A stretch of 64,000 nucleotides of DNA from Rhodothermales bacterium. Lineage in GTDB: Bacteria; Bacteroidota; Rhodothermia; Rhodothermales; UBA10348. Position numbers and translations under genes: made by a program. How positions within the stretch are numbered: position 1 is the stretch's first letter; each line of letters begins with the position of its first letter. The DNA is taken from positions 48,890 through 112,889 of the forward strand of contig JAVJVN010000012.1 of the NCBI GenBank assembly GCA_040221055.1, written 5' to 3'. A model generated the notes under the pieces. It had not been told where the DNA came from. It did not search any database and saw nothing but the letters and a program-made list of their open reading frames with translations. Shown one piece after another: positions 29,115 through 37,596 of the stretch.

Positions 29115-29822
29115 ATGTTAACTGGAGTTTCAAGGTGGATCGGCGGGCCCTTGACGGCCGGGGTCCTGTTGTTGACCCTCTCGCCCGGTTTCGGCTGCGG
29201 GGAGGGTCCCGATGCGCCCGGGTCCTACATGGGACGGGACATTGCCGACGTCATGGCGTCCGAGCATGGCGCTCTTTGGCTGGACCGACCCTCCCGGGAC
29301 GAGGAGGAGTTGCCGGCCCGGCTGTTGAATGCCCTGGAACTGAACCCGTCCGCGCACGTGGCCGACATCGGGGCCGGCACCGGCTTCTTCACGTTCCGCC
29401 TGGCGGACATGGTCCCGCACGGTCGGGTCTATGCCGTCGAAGTCCAGTCGGCGCTGGTGGACACACTGAACGCCCGCGCCCATCGCAGCGGCTATCGAAA
29501 CGTGTTTCCCATCCAGGGCACAGTGGATAATCCATCCTTGCCGGATGCCCGTATTGACCTGGCGCTCATCGTATCGTCCTACCACGAATTCTCCCAGCCG
29601 GAGGCCATGATGCGACGCATCTTCCAGGCCATCCGACCGGGCGGCTCGCTGGTCATCGTGGAATACCGGAAGGAAGATGCGACCATTCCGATACCGGACG
29701 ATCACCGGATGACCGCCGAACAGATCCGCCGTGAAATGGAAGCGGTCGGATTTACGTGGCGGGAAAACCGTGAAATCCTGCCGCAGCAACACGTGGTGGT
29801 GTTCCAGCGGCCCATCGAATAG
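29115..29822 (+). CDS. class I SAM-dependent methyltransferase with a predicted N-terminal signal/lipobox
   Basis: It has AdoMet motif I (VADIGAGTGFFTF) and later GGSLVIVEY. The N-terminus LLLTLSPGFGC looks like a lipoprotein signal, but the alternative start at Met39 would remove it. Confidence 0.75.
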   Translation: MLTGVSRWIGGPLTAGVLLLTLSPGFGCGEGPDAPGSYMGRDIADVMASEHGALWLDRPSRDEEELPARLLNALELNPSAHVADIGAGTGFFTFRLADMVPHGRVYAVEVQSALVDTLNARAHRSGYRNVFPIQGTVDNPSLPDARIDLALIVSSYHEFSQPEAMMRRIFQAIRPGGSLVIVEYRKEDATIPIPDDHRMTAEQIRREMEAVGFTWRENREILPQQHVVVFQRPIE

Positions 29823-29854
29823 GCCCCGGCGCCGAGTATGGGACGCAGTCGCGC

Positions 29855-30490
29855 TCAGCCATCCACGCTGCGCCACAGATACCACGATGCAATGGTCCGG
29901 TAGGGTTGCCAGGCGGCGCCCCGGGCCTCCACTTCGGCGGGTTTGGGAAGATCGGGGAGCCCATCCAGTTGCTGGATACCCTTCTGGATGCCCAGATCGG
30001 TGGTCGGCAGGATGTCCGGTCGGCCCAGGCCGAACATCAGGTACATCTGGACCGTCCAGGGGCCGATGCCCCGGACCTGCGTCAGTCGCTCGATGATTTC
30101 CGCATTCTCCATGGCGCGAAGGCGGGCCGCGTCCGGAACCGTACGGCGCCCGGTGTGCAGCGCGAGGTCTTTCACGGCGGCTGTTTTCGCACGGGACAGA
30201 CCGCACGCGCGGAGTTCGTCGTCGGTCAGGGCCAGAACCGCCTCCGGGCGGGGCGGGTCGCCGGTGATGTGGAGCACGCGGCCATGGATGGTGCCGGCGG
30301 CTTTTCCGGAGAGCTGCTGGTAGACGATGGATCGGAGCAGGGCCTCGAACGGCTCTTCATGGGCCCGCGGCGCGATGGTGACGGGGCCGGTCCGATGGAT
30401 GAGGGATGCGAGGCGTGGATCCTGGTCGGACAGATGCTGAACGGCTTCATGCAGGTCAAACGGCCATTGGGAGGACGGGTCGGGAGTCAT
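29855..30490 (-). CDS. DNA-3-methyladenine glycosylase II family (HhH-GPD, AlkA-like)
   Basis: The start is at ATG 30490 (MTPDPSS...). It has a helix-hairpin-helix (LTQVRGIGPWTVQMYLMF) and a catalytic Asp context (PTTDLGIQKG). Confidence 0.8.
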   Translation of the reverse strand: MTPDPSSQWPFDLHEAVQHLSDQDPRLASLIHRTGPVTIAPRAHEEPFEALLRSIVYQQLSGKAAGTIHGRVLHITGDPPRPEAVLALTDDELRACGLSRAKTAAVKDLALHTGRRTVPDAARLRAMENAEIIERLTQVRGIGPWTVQMYLMFGLGRPDILPTTDLGIQKGIQQLDGLPDLPKPAEVEARGAAWQPYRTIASWYLWRSVDG

Positions 30491-30536
30491 CGATGCGGTG
30501 CGGTATCTTGGGTCCGGCAAACTTACGTAAACGACG

Positions 30537-31232
30537 ATGGATGGTTGGGGCTGGGTCTGGATGGCGTCGGGGCTGGCACTTGCGGGCGCCCTGCATTGTG
30601 CAGGCATGTGCGGCGGCTTCGCGGTTCTGGCGCGGGGTGGTGCGCGCTCGGCGGGTGGCGGTGGGGGGCGGTTCGCGCTTTACGGCGCGGGAAAGACGCT
30701 GACCTACGTCGTGCTGGGTGTCGTGGCGGGCGCTGCCGGGGCGTGGCTGGGGGGCTGGTCGCTCGGAAGTCGGGTATTGGCAGTGTTTGTGGGAGTGATC
30801 ATGATTGGCGCGGGGTTGCAGCTGGGGGGCTGGTTTGCTCTGTCGGGCTGGTTTTCCGGGCCGCGTTCGGTGCCTTTATTGGGACGGGTTTCCGCCCGCG
30901 TGGCCGATTGGCTCCGATCATTCATGGGGCAGCGTAGCCGGTTCTCTTTGGTCGGACTCGGAATGGTGAACGGCCTGTTGCCGTGCGGTCTTCTCTACGC
31001 CGCGCTGGCGGGGGCCGCTGGTACAGGCGGATGGTGGCAGGGAGGTGCGTTCATGGCCATTTTCGGTGTCGGCACGCTACCCGCTCTCGGCCTCACGGCG
31101 TGGTTTGCCAGCCGGCTCAGCCCCCGCCGCCGCGTCCTGGCAGCCCGCGTTGGCGGCGTCCTGCTCATCCTGTTCGGGGTGTTCACCCTTTTTCGCGGAT
31201 TTCCGGCCATGCCAGGCCACTCGATGCACTGA
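30537..31232 (+). CDS. TauE/SafE-like membrane protein of the cbb3 maturation neighbourhood
   Basis: It is a polytopic Gly/Ala/Leu-rich membrane protein with an N-terminal HCAGMCGG motif. It lies next to ccoS/ccoI, as in many FCB-group cco clusters (from memory). Confidence 0.6.
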   Translation: MDGWGWVWMASGLALAGALHCAGMCGGFAVLARGGARSAGGGGGRFALYGAGKTLTYVVLGVVAGAAGAWLGGWSLGSRVLAVFVGVIMIGAGLQLGGWFALSGWFSGPRSVPLLGRVSARVADWLRSFMGQRSRFSLVGLGMVNGLLPCGLLYAALAGAAGTGGWWQGGAFMAIFGVGTLPALGLTAWFASRLSPRRRVLAARVGGVLLILFGVFTLFRGFPAMPGHSMH

Positions 31233-31236
31233 CGTT

Positions 31237-31274
31237 CTGTAATATATTAGTTGTATACAGCTAATATATTACAG
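31237..31274. repeat. 38-bp AT-rich near-perfect palindrome between convergent genes (possible bidirectional terminator or protein site)
   Basis: In CTGTAATATATTAGTTGTA|TACAGCTAATATATTACAG, 18 of 19 positions are complementary. Only 9 of 38 bases are G/C in an otherwise GC-rich window. It is followed by GTTTTG on the plus strand. Confidence 0.6.
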
Positions 31275-31287
31275 GTTTTGCGCTGGC

Positions 31288-31515
31288 TCAGCCTGTCGGA
31301 TCAGGAGGCTGAGCCTTCCCCGAGGGTTTTCGTCGGGTAATCCCAGTCTTTGCGTTGGGGTCGTCGTCCGAGACGCGCTCCTCTCCAAAAAGCACCCGCA
31401 TACCAGGCGTCTCGAGGTCGTCGAACTGGCCGGAACGAACAGACCAGATGAAGCCGGCAACGCCGAGGGCCGCCAGGAACAGGGCGACGGGCACGAGTAC
31501 GAAGAGGATGTTCAT
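31288..31515 (-). CDS. ccoS: cbb3-type cytochrome oxidase assembly protein CcoS/FixS
   Basis: It is 75 aa with a single TM, and MNILFVLVPVALFLAALGVAGFIWSVRSGQFDDLE matches the CcoS signature. Its start overlaps the ccoI stop (ATGA). Confidence 0.85.
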   Translation of the reverse strand: MNILFVLVPVALFLAALGVAGFIWSVRSGQFDDLETPGMRVLFGEERVSDDDPNAKTGITRRKPSGKAQPPDPTG

Positions 31516-34034
31516 GATGGATGCTCCGTCCGGAACGTTCGCTGGAAAATGGATGACAGCACCACGGCGAAGGACGACAGGGGCATGGCGACGGCGGCGA
31601 CGAGGGGCGTGACCAGGCCGCCCATGGCCAGGCCGGCGCCGAGTACGTTGTAGGCGAGGGACATCCCGAGATTGCGACGGATGATGGCGGTCACGCCCCG
31701 TGACTCCACCAGCAGTTCGCTTACGGCGGCCAGTCCCGGTCGGGTCGTGAACACGTCAGCGGCCATCTGGCTCGCGGCAGAACCACCGGCCACGGCCAGC
31801 CCGATGTCCGCAGCTTGCAGGGCACCGGCATCATTTACGCCGTCACCCACCACCAGGACGCCGTGGCCGCGGGACTGCAGATCGCGGACCAGGTTGCGTT
31901 TTTCTTCGGGCAGGTATCCGCCCAGGCACGCCGCGTCGGGGAGACCCAGTCGGCGGCCAACATCCCGGGTCGTTTGCGGGTCGTCCCCGGAACACAGGAT
32001 CATCCGGTAGTGGGGCGAGAGGCGCGCAATCAGGGAGGCCGCATCGGGCAGGATGGGATCGGCAATGGCCACTACGGCCACCGGACAGCCGTCCACGGAA
32101 ATACCGACCGGTGAGCGTCCGGAGGTCGCCATCCGGTCGGCGGCCTGCCGCAGGTCATCGGGCCAGGCATCCGGGGGGGCGACCCAGTCGGGGCGGCCGA
32201 CGCGCAGGGACCGTCCTTCGACGGTCCCTGACACCCCTTGGGAGGGCGCCTGGCGGACCCCCGTGGCTTCGGGCAGGTCCAGTCCGTCGGTGGCGGCGGC
32301 GAAGGCCCCGGCAATCGGATGCATGACATGGGCTTCCAGGGGGGCCGCCAGGCGCACCGCGTCGGCCGCCCCGACGACCTCCTCGATGGTCATGCGTCCT
32401 GCCGTGACCGTACCCGTCTTGTCCAGGAGGACGGTATCGATGGTGCCGGCCCGCGACAGGGTGGACTCATCCTTGATGAACAGTCCCCGCCGGGCTGCGC
32501 GGCCCAGACCGATGGCCGTGGCCAGCGGTGTGGCCATGCCGAGGGCGCACGGGCAGGTAATGACGAGGAGCGCTATCACATGGGAGATTGCGGATGCGGG
32601 TTGCAGGACCGACCACAGTACACCCGTAACGGCCGCGAGCGCGAGGACGGTGATGGTGAACCATCCGCCAATGCGGTCAACCCACTCCATCCGCGACGGG
32701 CGACCCGGGTTGGCGGGCCGTTGCGTATGGGAAGATGCCAATGCGTCCCGCTCCGTACGGCGGTCCTCTGCAACCCATGCCAGCAAGGAGCCGATCCGGG
32801 TGGCGGCACCGGTGGCCCGGACCTGGATGATGAGGGTTTCGGTCTCATTCGTGGTACCGGCGAAGACCGCCGATCCCGGGCCGACCCGGACAGGACGACT
32901 TTCTCCCGTCAGGACGGCGTTGCCCAGCAGGCTTTCCCCACGTTCAACGAAACCGTCAACGGGGATGAGCTCTCCGGGACGGACCCGGACCCGATCGTCC
33001 ACGGCCAATCCGTCGGCCCGGACGTGGCGCGTGGACCCGTCCGGGTCCACGCGCCACGCCATGGTCGGCAAGAGGGCAAGCAGTTCCTCGGATGAATTGC
33101 CGGCCAGGCGCCGTGCACGCAACTGCAGCCAACGAGCGGACAACAAGGCGGCAATCAGGACGGCGATGGAATCGAACCATATTTCGCCGGAACCCGAAAC
33201 CGTGGCCCAGGCACTGGCCATGAAACCGGCCAGGATACCCACGGAAATGGGCGTATCCATGTGCAGGTGGCGCGGTGAGCGCGCGGATACCGCCAGCCGC
33301 ACCGAAAACCAGGCACGCTTCAGGAAGACACTTCCGCCGTAGAACACGGCCGGGATGGCCAGGAGCAGGCTCAACCAGCGAGCCGACGTGAGCAGGCTGC
33401 CCGCGTCGGTGCTCAGGCCGCTGTACAGGGCGAAGGCGATCAGCATGATGTTGCCGGCCAGCGCCCACGAGACGCCCATGCGGATGAGCAGGCGCCGCTC
33501 CTCGGCCGATTCCGGCGCCTGCTCGCCGTCCACCCGTGGCAGCACCGGGTATCCGAAACGGGACAGCCAGCGGGCCACATCGGAAAGCCGCACGCGTTCC
33601 GGATCCCACTCCAGACTCAGCCGTCCCCGAGGCAGATTCAACTCGGCATGGGCAACCCCGTCGACGTGGACGGGCAATTGCTCGACCAGCCAGACGCAGG
33701 CGGCACAGTGCACACCGTCCAGATACAGGTGCGTCCGGAACTGTCCGCCGTCCAGCCGTGCCGCATGGGACCCCATGAAGTCCGGAGCATCCAGTTCGTC
33801 CAGGAGCGCGGCCTGTCGGGAAGGATTCGGCGCGGTACCGGGGCTGCGTCGCGAGGCGGGCGTATCCGGAGCCGATTCCCTGAGCCGGTAGTACGTCGCG
33901 TCCAATCCGGTCTCAGACAGGATGGCGTGCACGGTCCGGCAGGACGAGCAACAGAAAGCGGGGGAGGTATCCTGCAGCCCAGGGGGGACCGGAAGCCCGC
34001 AATGATGGCAGGCAACGACCGTCGTCCGGCTCAC
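31512..34034 (-). CDS. ccoI: heavy-metal (copper) translocating P-type ATPase CcoI/FixI
   Basis: It has the motifs TGESRPV, CPC (ITCPCALG), DKTGTVT and GDGVNDAG, plus N-terminal Cys pairs (CHHCGLPV, CCSSC). I chose the GTG start at 34034 because it overlaps the fixH stop (GTGA). The listed ATG at 34109 would overlap fixH by 79 nt. Confidence 0.85.
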   Translation of the reverse strand: MSRTTVVACHHCGLPVPPGLQDTSPAFCCSSCRTVHAILSETGLDATYYRLRESAPDTPASRRSPGTAPNPSRQAALLDELDAPDFMGSHAARLDGGQFRTHLYLDGVHCAACVWLVEQLPVHVDGVAHAELNLPRGRLSLEWDPERVRLSDVARWLSRFGYPVLPRVDGEQAPESAEERRLLIRMGVSWALAGNIMLIAFALYSGLSTDAGSLLTSARWLSLLLAIPAVFYGGSVFLKRAWFSVRLAVSARSPRHLHMDTPISVGILAGFMASAWATVSGSGEIWFDSIAVLIAALLSARWLQLRARRLAGNSSEELLALLPTMAWRVDPDGSTRHVRADGLAVDDRVRVRPGELIPVDGFVERGESLLGNAVLTGESRPVRVGPGSAVFAGTTNETETLIIQVRATGAATRIGSLLAWVAEDRRTERDALASSHTQRPANPGRPSRMEWVDRIGGWFTITVLALAAVTGVLWSVLQPASAISHVIALLVITCPCALGMATPLATAIGLGRAARRGLFIKDESTLSRAGTIDTVLLDKTGTVTAGRMTIEEVVGAADAVRLAAPLEAHVMHPIAGAFAAATDGLDLPEATGVRQAPSQGVSGTVEGRSLRVGRPDWVAPPDAWPDDLRQAADRMATSGRSPVGISVDGCPVAVVAIADPILPDAASLIARLSPHYRMILCSGDDPQTTRDVGRRLGLPDAACLGGYLPEEKRNLVRDLQSRGHGVLVVGDGVNDAGALQAADIGLAVAGGSAASQMAADVFTTRPGLAAVSELLVESRGVTAIIRRNLGMSLAYNVLGAGLAMGGLVTPLVAAVAMPLSSFAVVLSSIFQRTFRTEHPS

Positions 34035-34543
34035 GGCAACTGCCAATCCCGGCGAACGGTACCGACGAATCGGGTTTCCCCGGTGCGTACGTCCACTTCC
34101 ACGTCCCACAGTCCCCGCCCGGACACCGTGGGAAACGCGCGAAGGGTGAAGGCGGGAGTGGCACCGGGAGTGGTGCCTGGGGTCGGGTAGGGCTCAAGCG
34201 GGAGTCGCTCGAGCACGCCCGTGGATTGTGGGCGACTGAGACGCATTTCACCCGAAAGTCCGGATATGGGGCGACCATCGCTGTCCACGATCCGGACCTC
34301 CAATTCGGTCTGTCCGTCCGTCCTGGAGCGCGAGACATCCAGGACCCAACCCAGGTCCACGCTGGCCTGACGGACGGCAGCCGTGGAGTCCCACGCCACG
34401 GCCTTTTGGTAGTACTGCTTGATGACCCTGGGGCCACCGTCGCTCCGGGACGCAATCAGTACTCCGAACGTGGACGTCATGCCGAGGAGAATGAGACCGA
34501 CGACGGCCATGGGCCACGCGATCTGTGCCGGAATTCTGTTCAT
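34031..34543 (-). CDS. FixH/CcoH-family protein
   Basis: The start at ATG 34543 (MNRIPAQIAWPMAVVGLILLGMTSTF) gives a single TM followed by a beta-rich periplasmic domain. Its position between ccoG and ccoI supports the call. Confidence 0.7.
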   Translation of the reverse strand: MNRIPAQIAWPMAVVGLILLGMTSTFGVLIASRSDGGPRVIKQYYQKAVAWDSTAAVRQASVDLGWVLDVSRSRTDGQTELEVRIVDSDGRPISGLSGEMRLSRPQSTGVLERLPLEPYPTPGTTPGATPAFTLRAFPTVSGRGLWDVEVDVRTGETRFVGTVRRDWQLP

Positions 34544-34574
34544 GGCCTTTTGAGGAGCATCAAGTTCGGGATGA

Positions 34575-36002
34575 TCATGAGTCGGGACCGAGCAATGTAT
34601 AGGTGGTCGGGATGACCTGTCCGTCAGAGAAGACGACGTCGAACCGCGCAGGAATGGACGTCGTATTGAACGCACTGACCGGTGTGACCACCCAGATTTC
34701 GAGGCGCGCCATCTCTCCCGGTTCCAACGCCATGGGCATGGCTCCCACCGCCCGGACGTCGGCCGCGGCCGGCATTCCGGCCTTCACCTCGAACGTCACC
34801 GCCGTAGGCGTCTGGTTGCGGACGCGGAAGCGGAGACGGTTCGCGATGCTGCCATCGGGAAGAACGGTGTATGGTGCATCGACCACACGACCCACATTGA
34901 TGTCGTAATCGTTCCGGTTGGTCAACACGAGCGTGAATGCCGACAGCACGAACACCATGGCTGCTGCATAGATGGCGGTGCGTGCGCGGAAAATGCGGGT
35001 GGGTTTGCCCTCCAACTCACGCTCCGATGTGTATCGGATGAGACCACGCGGCCTGTCGATCTGGTCCATGATGTGGTCGCAGGCGTCAATGCACTGCGTG
35101 CATGCCACGCATTCCATCTGCAAGCCGTCCCGGATGTCGATTCCTGTCGGGCAGGTCCGGACACAGGCAAAGCAGTCAATACAGTCCCCCTTCGCCTCGA
35201 TTTCGCCGGCCGCTTCCAACTCCATGGTCTTTTTCGACCGACGGGCCCGGGGTTCACCCCGGGTCGGGTCATACGACACGATCAGGGAATCGGGGTCGAG
35301 CATGATGGACTGCATGCGGGCATACGGGCAGGCGATGGTGCACATCTGCTCCCTGAAAATGCCGAAATCGAACAGGATGAGGCCGGTCGTGCCGGCCATC
35401 ACGACGAAGAAGCCCCAGTGGGCGGTCGGGGGCTCCGTCATCCACTGCAGCAAGGTTGGCCAACCCACGAAGTAGGCCACGAACGTATTCGCGAGAACGA
35501 AGGCGATGATCGAATAGAGGCCCCATTTGAGCGCTTTACGCCACGTCCGGTCGAACGTCAGGGGACCTTCATCCCGTCGTTTGCGCACGTGTTCCTTGCC
35601 CTCTATGAGACGCTCGAGCGGCCGGAATACGAATTCCAGGTAGATGGTCTGCGGGCATGCCCATCCACACCAGACCCGTCCCAGCAACGCGGTGAACAGG
35701 ATGACCGTCACCATGATGGCAATCAGGAACAGCATGAGCAGGAGCGTGTCCGTGGGATAGAACACCGCCCCGAAAAGCGCGAATTCCCGGTGTACCACGT
35801 CCAGCAGCACCGCAGGCCGACCTCCGATCGGGATGACCGGCAAGGCCAGATACGCCACAACCAGGATCCACGCCGTTATCCGGCGGCGATCAAGGAACCT
35901 GCCCGGACTGAGCGTGGGGTAGAGCCACCTCCGTTTTCCGTCCTGTCCGAGCGTGGACAGGACCGCTTCGGGCGATTCAAGAATGCGTGGAGCGTCGGAC
36001 AC
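34575..36002 (-). CDS. ccoG: cytochrome c oxidase accessory protein CcoG/FixG (4Fe-4S)
   Basis: It has TM segments plus two ferredoxin-type Cys clusters (CIDCFACVRTCP and CVACTQCIDAC). A further CGWACPQT motif is typical of CcoG. Confidence 0.85.
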   Translation of the reverse strand: MSDAPRILESPEAVLSTLGQDGKRRWLYPTLSPGRFLDRRRITAWILVVAYLALPVIPIGGRPAVLLDVVHREFALFGAVFYPTDTLLLMLFLIAIMVTVILFTALLGRVWCGWACPQTIYLEFVFRPLERLIEGKEHVRKRRDEGPLTFDRTWRKALKWGLYSIIAFVLANTFVAYFVGWPTLLQWMTEPPTAHWGFFVVMAGTTGLILFDFGIFREQMCTIACPYARMQSIMLDPDSLIVSYDPTRGEPRARRSKKTMELEAAGEIEAKGDCIDCFACVRTCPTGIDIRDGLQMECVACTQCIDACDHIMDQIDRPRGLIRYTSERELEGKPTRIFRARTAIYAAAMVFVLSAFTLVLTNRNDYDINVGRVVDAPYTVLPDGSIANRLRFRVRNQTPTAVTFEVKAGMPAAADVRAVGAMPMALEPGEMARLEIWVVTPVSAFNTTSIPARFDVVFSDGQVIPTTYTLLGPDS

Positions 36003-36057
36003 GGAACGGTGGAGTCAGGGTGGTGGCAGATCATGGGAACGGGTGCCGGAGTCGGGA

Positions 36058-36723
36058 TCAGACATCCGCCCGTTCGGGCGCAGCGGTATCGTCATCGTCG
36101 CCATTCTCCTCATCACCATAGAACTCGCCCTCGGCCGCTTTGGCATTCTCGGGCTCGGTTCCCTCTATGGAACGGATGTAAGCGACGAGCTGGGAACGTT
36201 GTTCCGGAGTGAGCACGCCGCCCCAGGGAGTCATGCCCTTGTCGAGCACTCCGTTCGTGATGACGTTGAACAGGTCCACGTTCTGGTTGCCGTGGATCCA
36301 GTACGCATCCGTCAGATTGGGACCGATGAGTCCTTCGCCATCATTCCCGTGACACATGGAGCAATTGGCGGAATACACCTGGGCACCGGCCTGGATGTGT
36401 TCATCCACGCCGATATATGCCGCAATGGCCTCGTTCGAAACCTCGAACGTCGGGTTCTCGGCTTCCCACGCATCGCGGACTTCCTGGATGGCCGCCTGAC
36501 TGTCGGCCAGGTCATCCTCATATGTGTTGATGAAACCGAAAAAATGGACACCCAGGACGTAGATGGGGGCGAACAGGACGCAAAGCCAGAACAGCCACAG
36601 CCACCATCCGGGCATGGGGTTGTCATATTCTTCGATTCCGTCGTAGGAATGGCCGCTGATGAGCGGCTCATTGTCGGGGTCGGAGGCACCGGACTGGGAC
36701 GGGGGGATGTGTTGGTCAGACAT
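36058..36723 (-). CDS. ccoP: cbb3 oxidase subunit III (CcoP), monoheme, with an acidic C-terminal tail
   Basis: The start is at ATG 36723 (MSDQHIPP...). It has the CcoP N-terminal motif DGIEEYDNPMPGWWLWLF and a single CxxCH (CSMCH). The tail reads EFYGDEENGDDDDTAAPERADV. Confidence 0.8.
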   Translation of the reverse strand: MSDQHIPPSQSGASDPDNEPLISGHSYDGIEEYDNPMPGWWLWLFWLCVLFAPIYVLGVHFFGFINTYEDDLADSQAAIQEVRDAWEAENPTFEVSNEAIAAYIGVDEHIQAGAQVYSANCSMCHGNDGEGLIGPNLTDAYWIHGNQNVDLFNVITNGVLDKGMTPWGGVLTPEQRSQLVAYIRSIEGTEPENAKAAEGEFYGDEENGDDDDTAAPERADV

Positions 36724-36889
36724 GGGGATTCTCGTCGTCCTCAAGGGGAAGATTCTTGTGGGCGGTACGTTCGGATTTTTTCATGGATACGACACGTGCA
36801 ACGATGAGCACGAAAGCCAGGATGAAGGCGACCAGGCCCACGATGGCCAGGCTGCCGGTATCCAGACTGCGGACTACGTCCTTGAACAT
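36716..36889 (-). CDS. ccoQ: CcoQ/FixQ-like small membrane subunit (57 aa; below the ORF-track cutoff)
   Basis: I translated it by hand: MFKDVVRSLDTGSLAIVGLVAFILAFVLIVARVVSMKKSERTAHKNLPLEDDENPHV. It has a single TM and a ...PL.DD tail like CcoQ. It sits between ccoO and ccoP and overlaps the ccoP start in ATGTCTGA. Confidence 0.65.
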   Translation of the reverse strand: MFKDVVRSLDTGSLAIVGLVAFILAFVLIVARVVSMKKSERTAHKNLPLEDDENPHV

Positions 36890-36897
36890 GATGGGCC

Positions 36898-37584
36898 TCA
36901 GCGGGGGTTGATGTCGGTTCCGAGACGTTGCAGGTACGCGACCATGGCCATGATTTCCTTCGATTCGAGATCCGCCGGCCCACCGCTGGCGGCCACACCA
37001 TCGGCTATCATGCTTGCCTGTGATCGGGCATCGGATACGGCACGTGCGATGTCGTCATCCGAATACGGGACGCCGACCCGCTTGAGTGCCTTCATGCGTG
37101 CCGGGATGGATTCGAAGTCGAGGTCCCGGGACAGCAGCCAGGCATACGGAGGCATGAGCGAACTCGGGCTCGTGGAACGCGGGTCTTCCATGTGCCGGAC
37201 ATGCCACAGGTCGGGGTATTTGCCACCAATCCGATGCAGGTCCGGCCCGGTTCGTTTGGAACCCCACAGGAAAGGGTGGTCGTAGACGTGCTCCCCCGGC
37301 TTCGAATACTCGCCATACCGCTCCAACTCGTCCAGGAAGGGACGGACTTGTTGGGAATGGCACCCGACGCATCCTTCCCGGATGTACAGGTCACGACCGA
37401 TGACCTCAAGCGCCGTGTAGGGCTCGACCGTTTCGATGGTCGGAATGTTGCTGTCGACCAGGACAAGCGGCAGGAATTCAACGACACCGCCCACGAGGAC
37501 GGCTACGGTGGTCAGCACCGTGAACACGAAGGGCCATCCCTCCAGTTGCCGGTGTTTTCCGTCGGTTTTGATAAATGGACTCAT
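36898..37584 (-). CDS. ccoO: cbb3 oxidase subunit II (CcoO), monoheme cytochrome c
   Basis: It has an N-terminal TM, the heme motif EGCVGCHSQ, and the conserved segments RPF..E..RYG and GPDL..IG.KY. Confidence 0.9.
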   Translation of the reverse strand: MSPFIKTDGKHRQLEGWPFVFTVLTTVAVLVGGVVEFLPLVLVDSNIPTIETVEPYTALEVIGRDLYIREGCVGCHSQQVRPFLDELERYGEYSKPGEHVYDHPFLWGSKRTGPDLHRIGGKYPDLWHVRHMEDPRSTSPSSLMPPYAWLLSRDLDFESIPARMKALKRVGVPYSDDDIARAVSDARSQASMIADGVAASGGPADLESKEIMAMVAYLQRLGTDINPR

Positions 37585-37596
37585 GATGGGCAGGGG

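Noticed and set aside
31237-31274. Interpreting the AT-rich palindrome as a chromosome dimer-resolution (dif) site
   Set aside because: It contains a central TGTATA, as E. coli dif does. However, the flanking arms do not resemble XerC/XerD arm consensus sequences, and the element is a true palindrome, unlike dif. It cannot be judged without the genome-wide GC skew, so it is kept only as a remote alternative.
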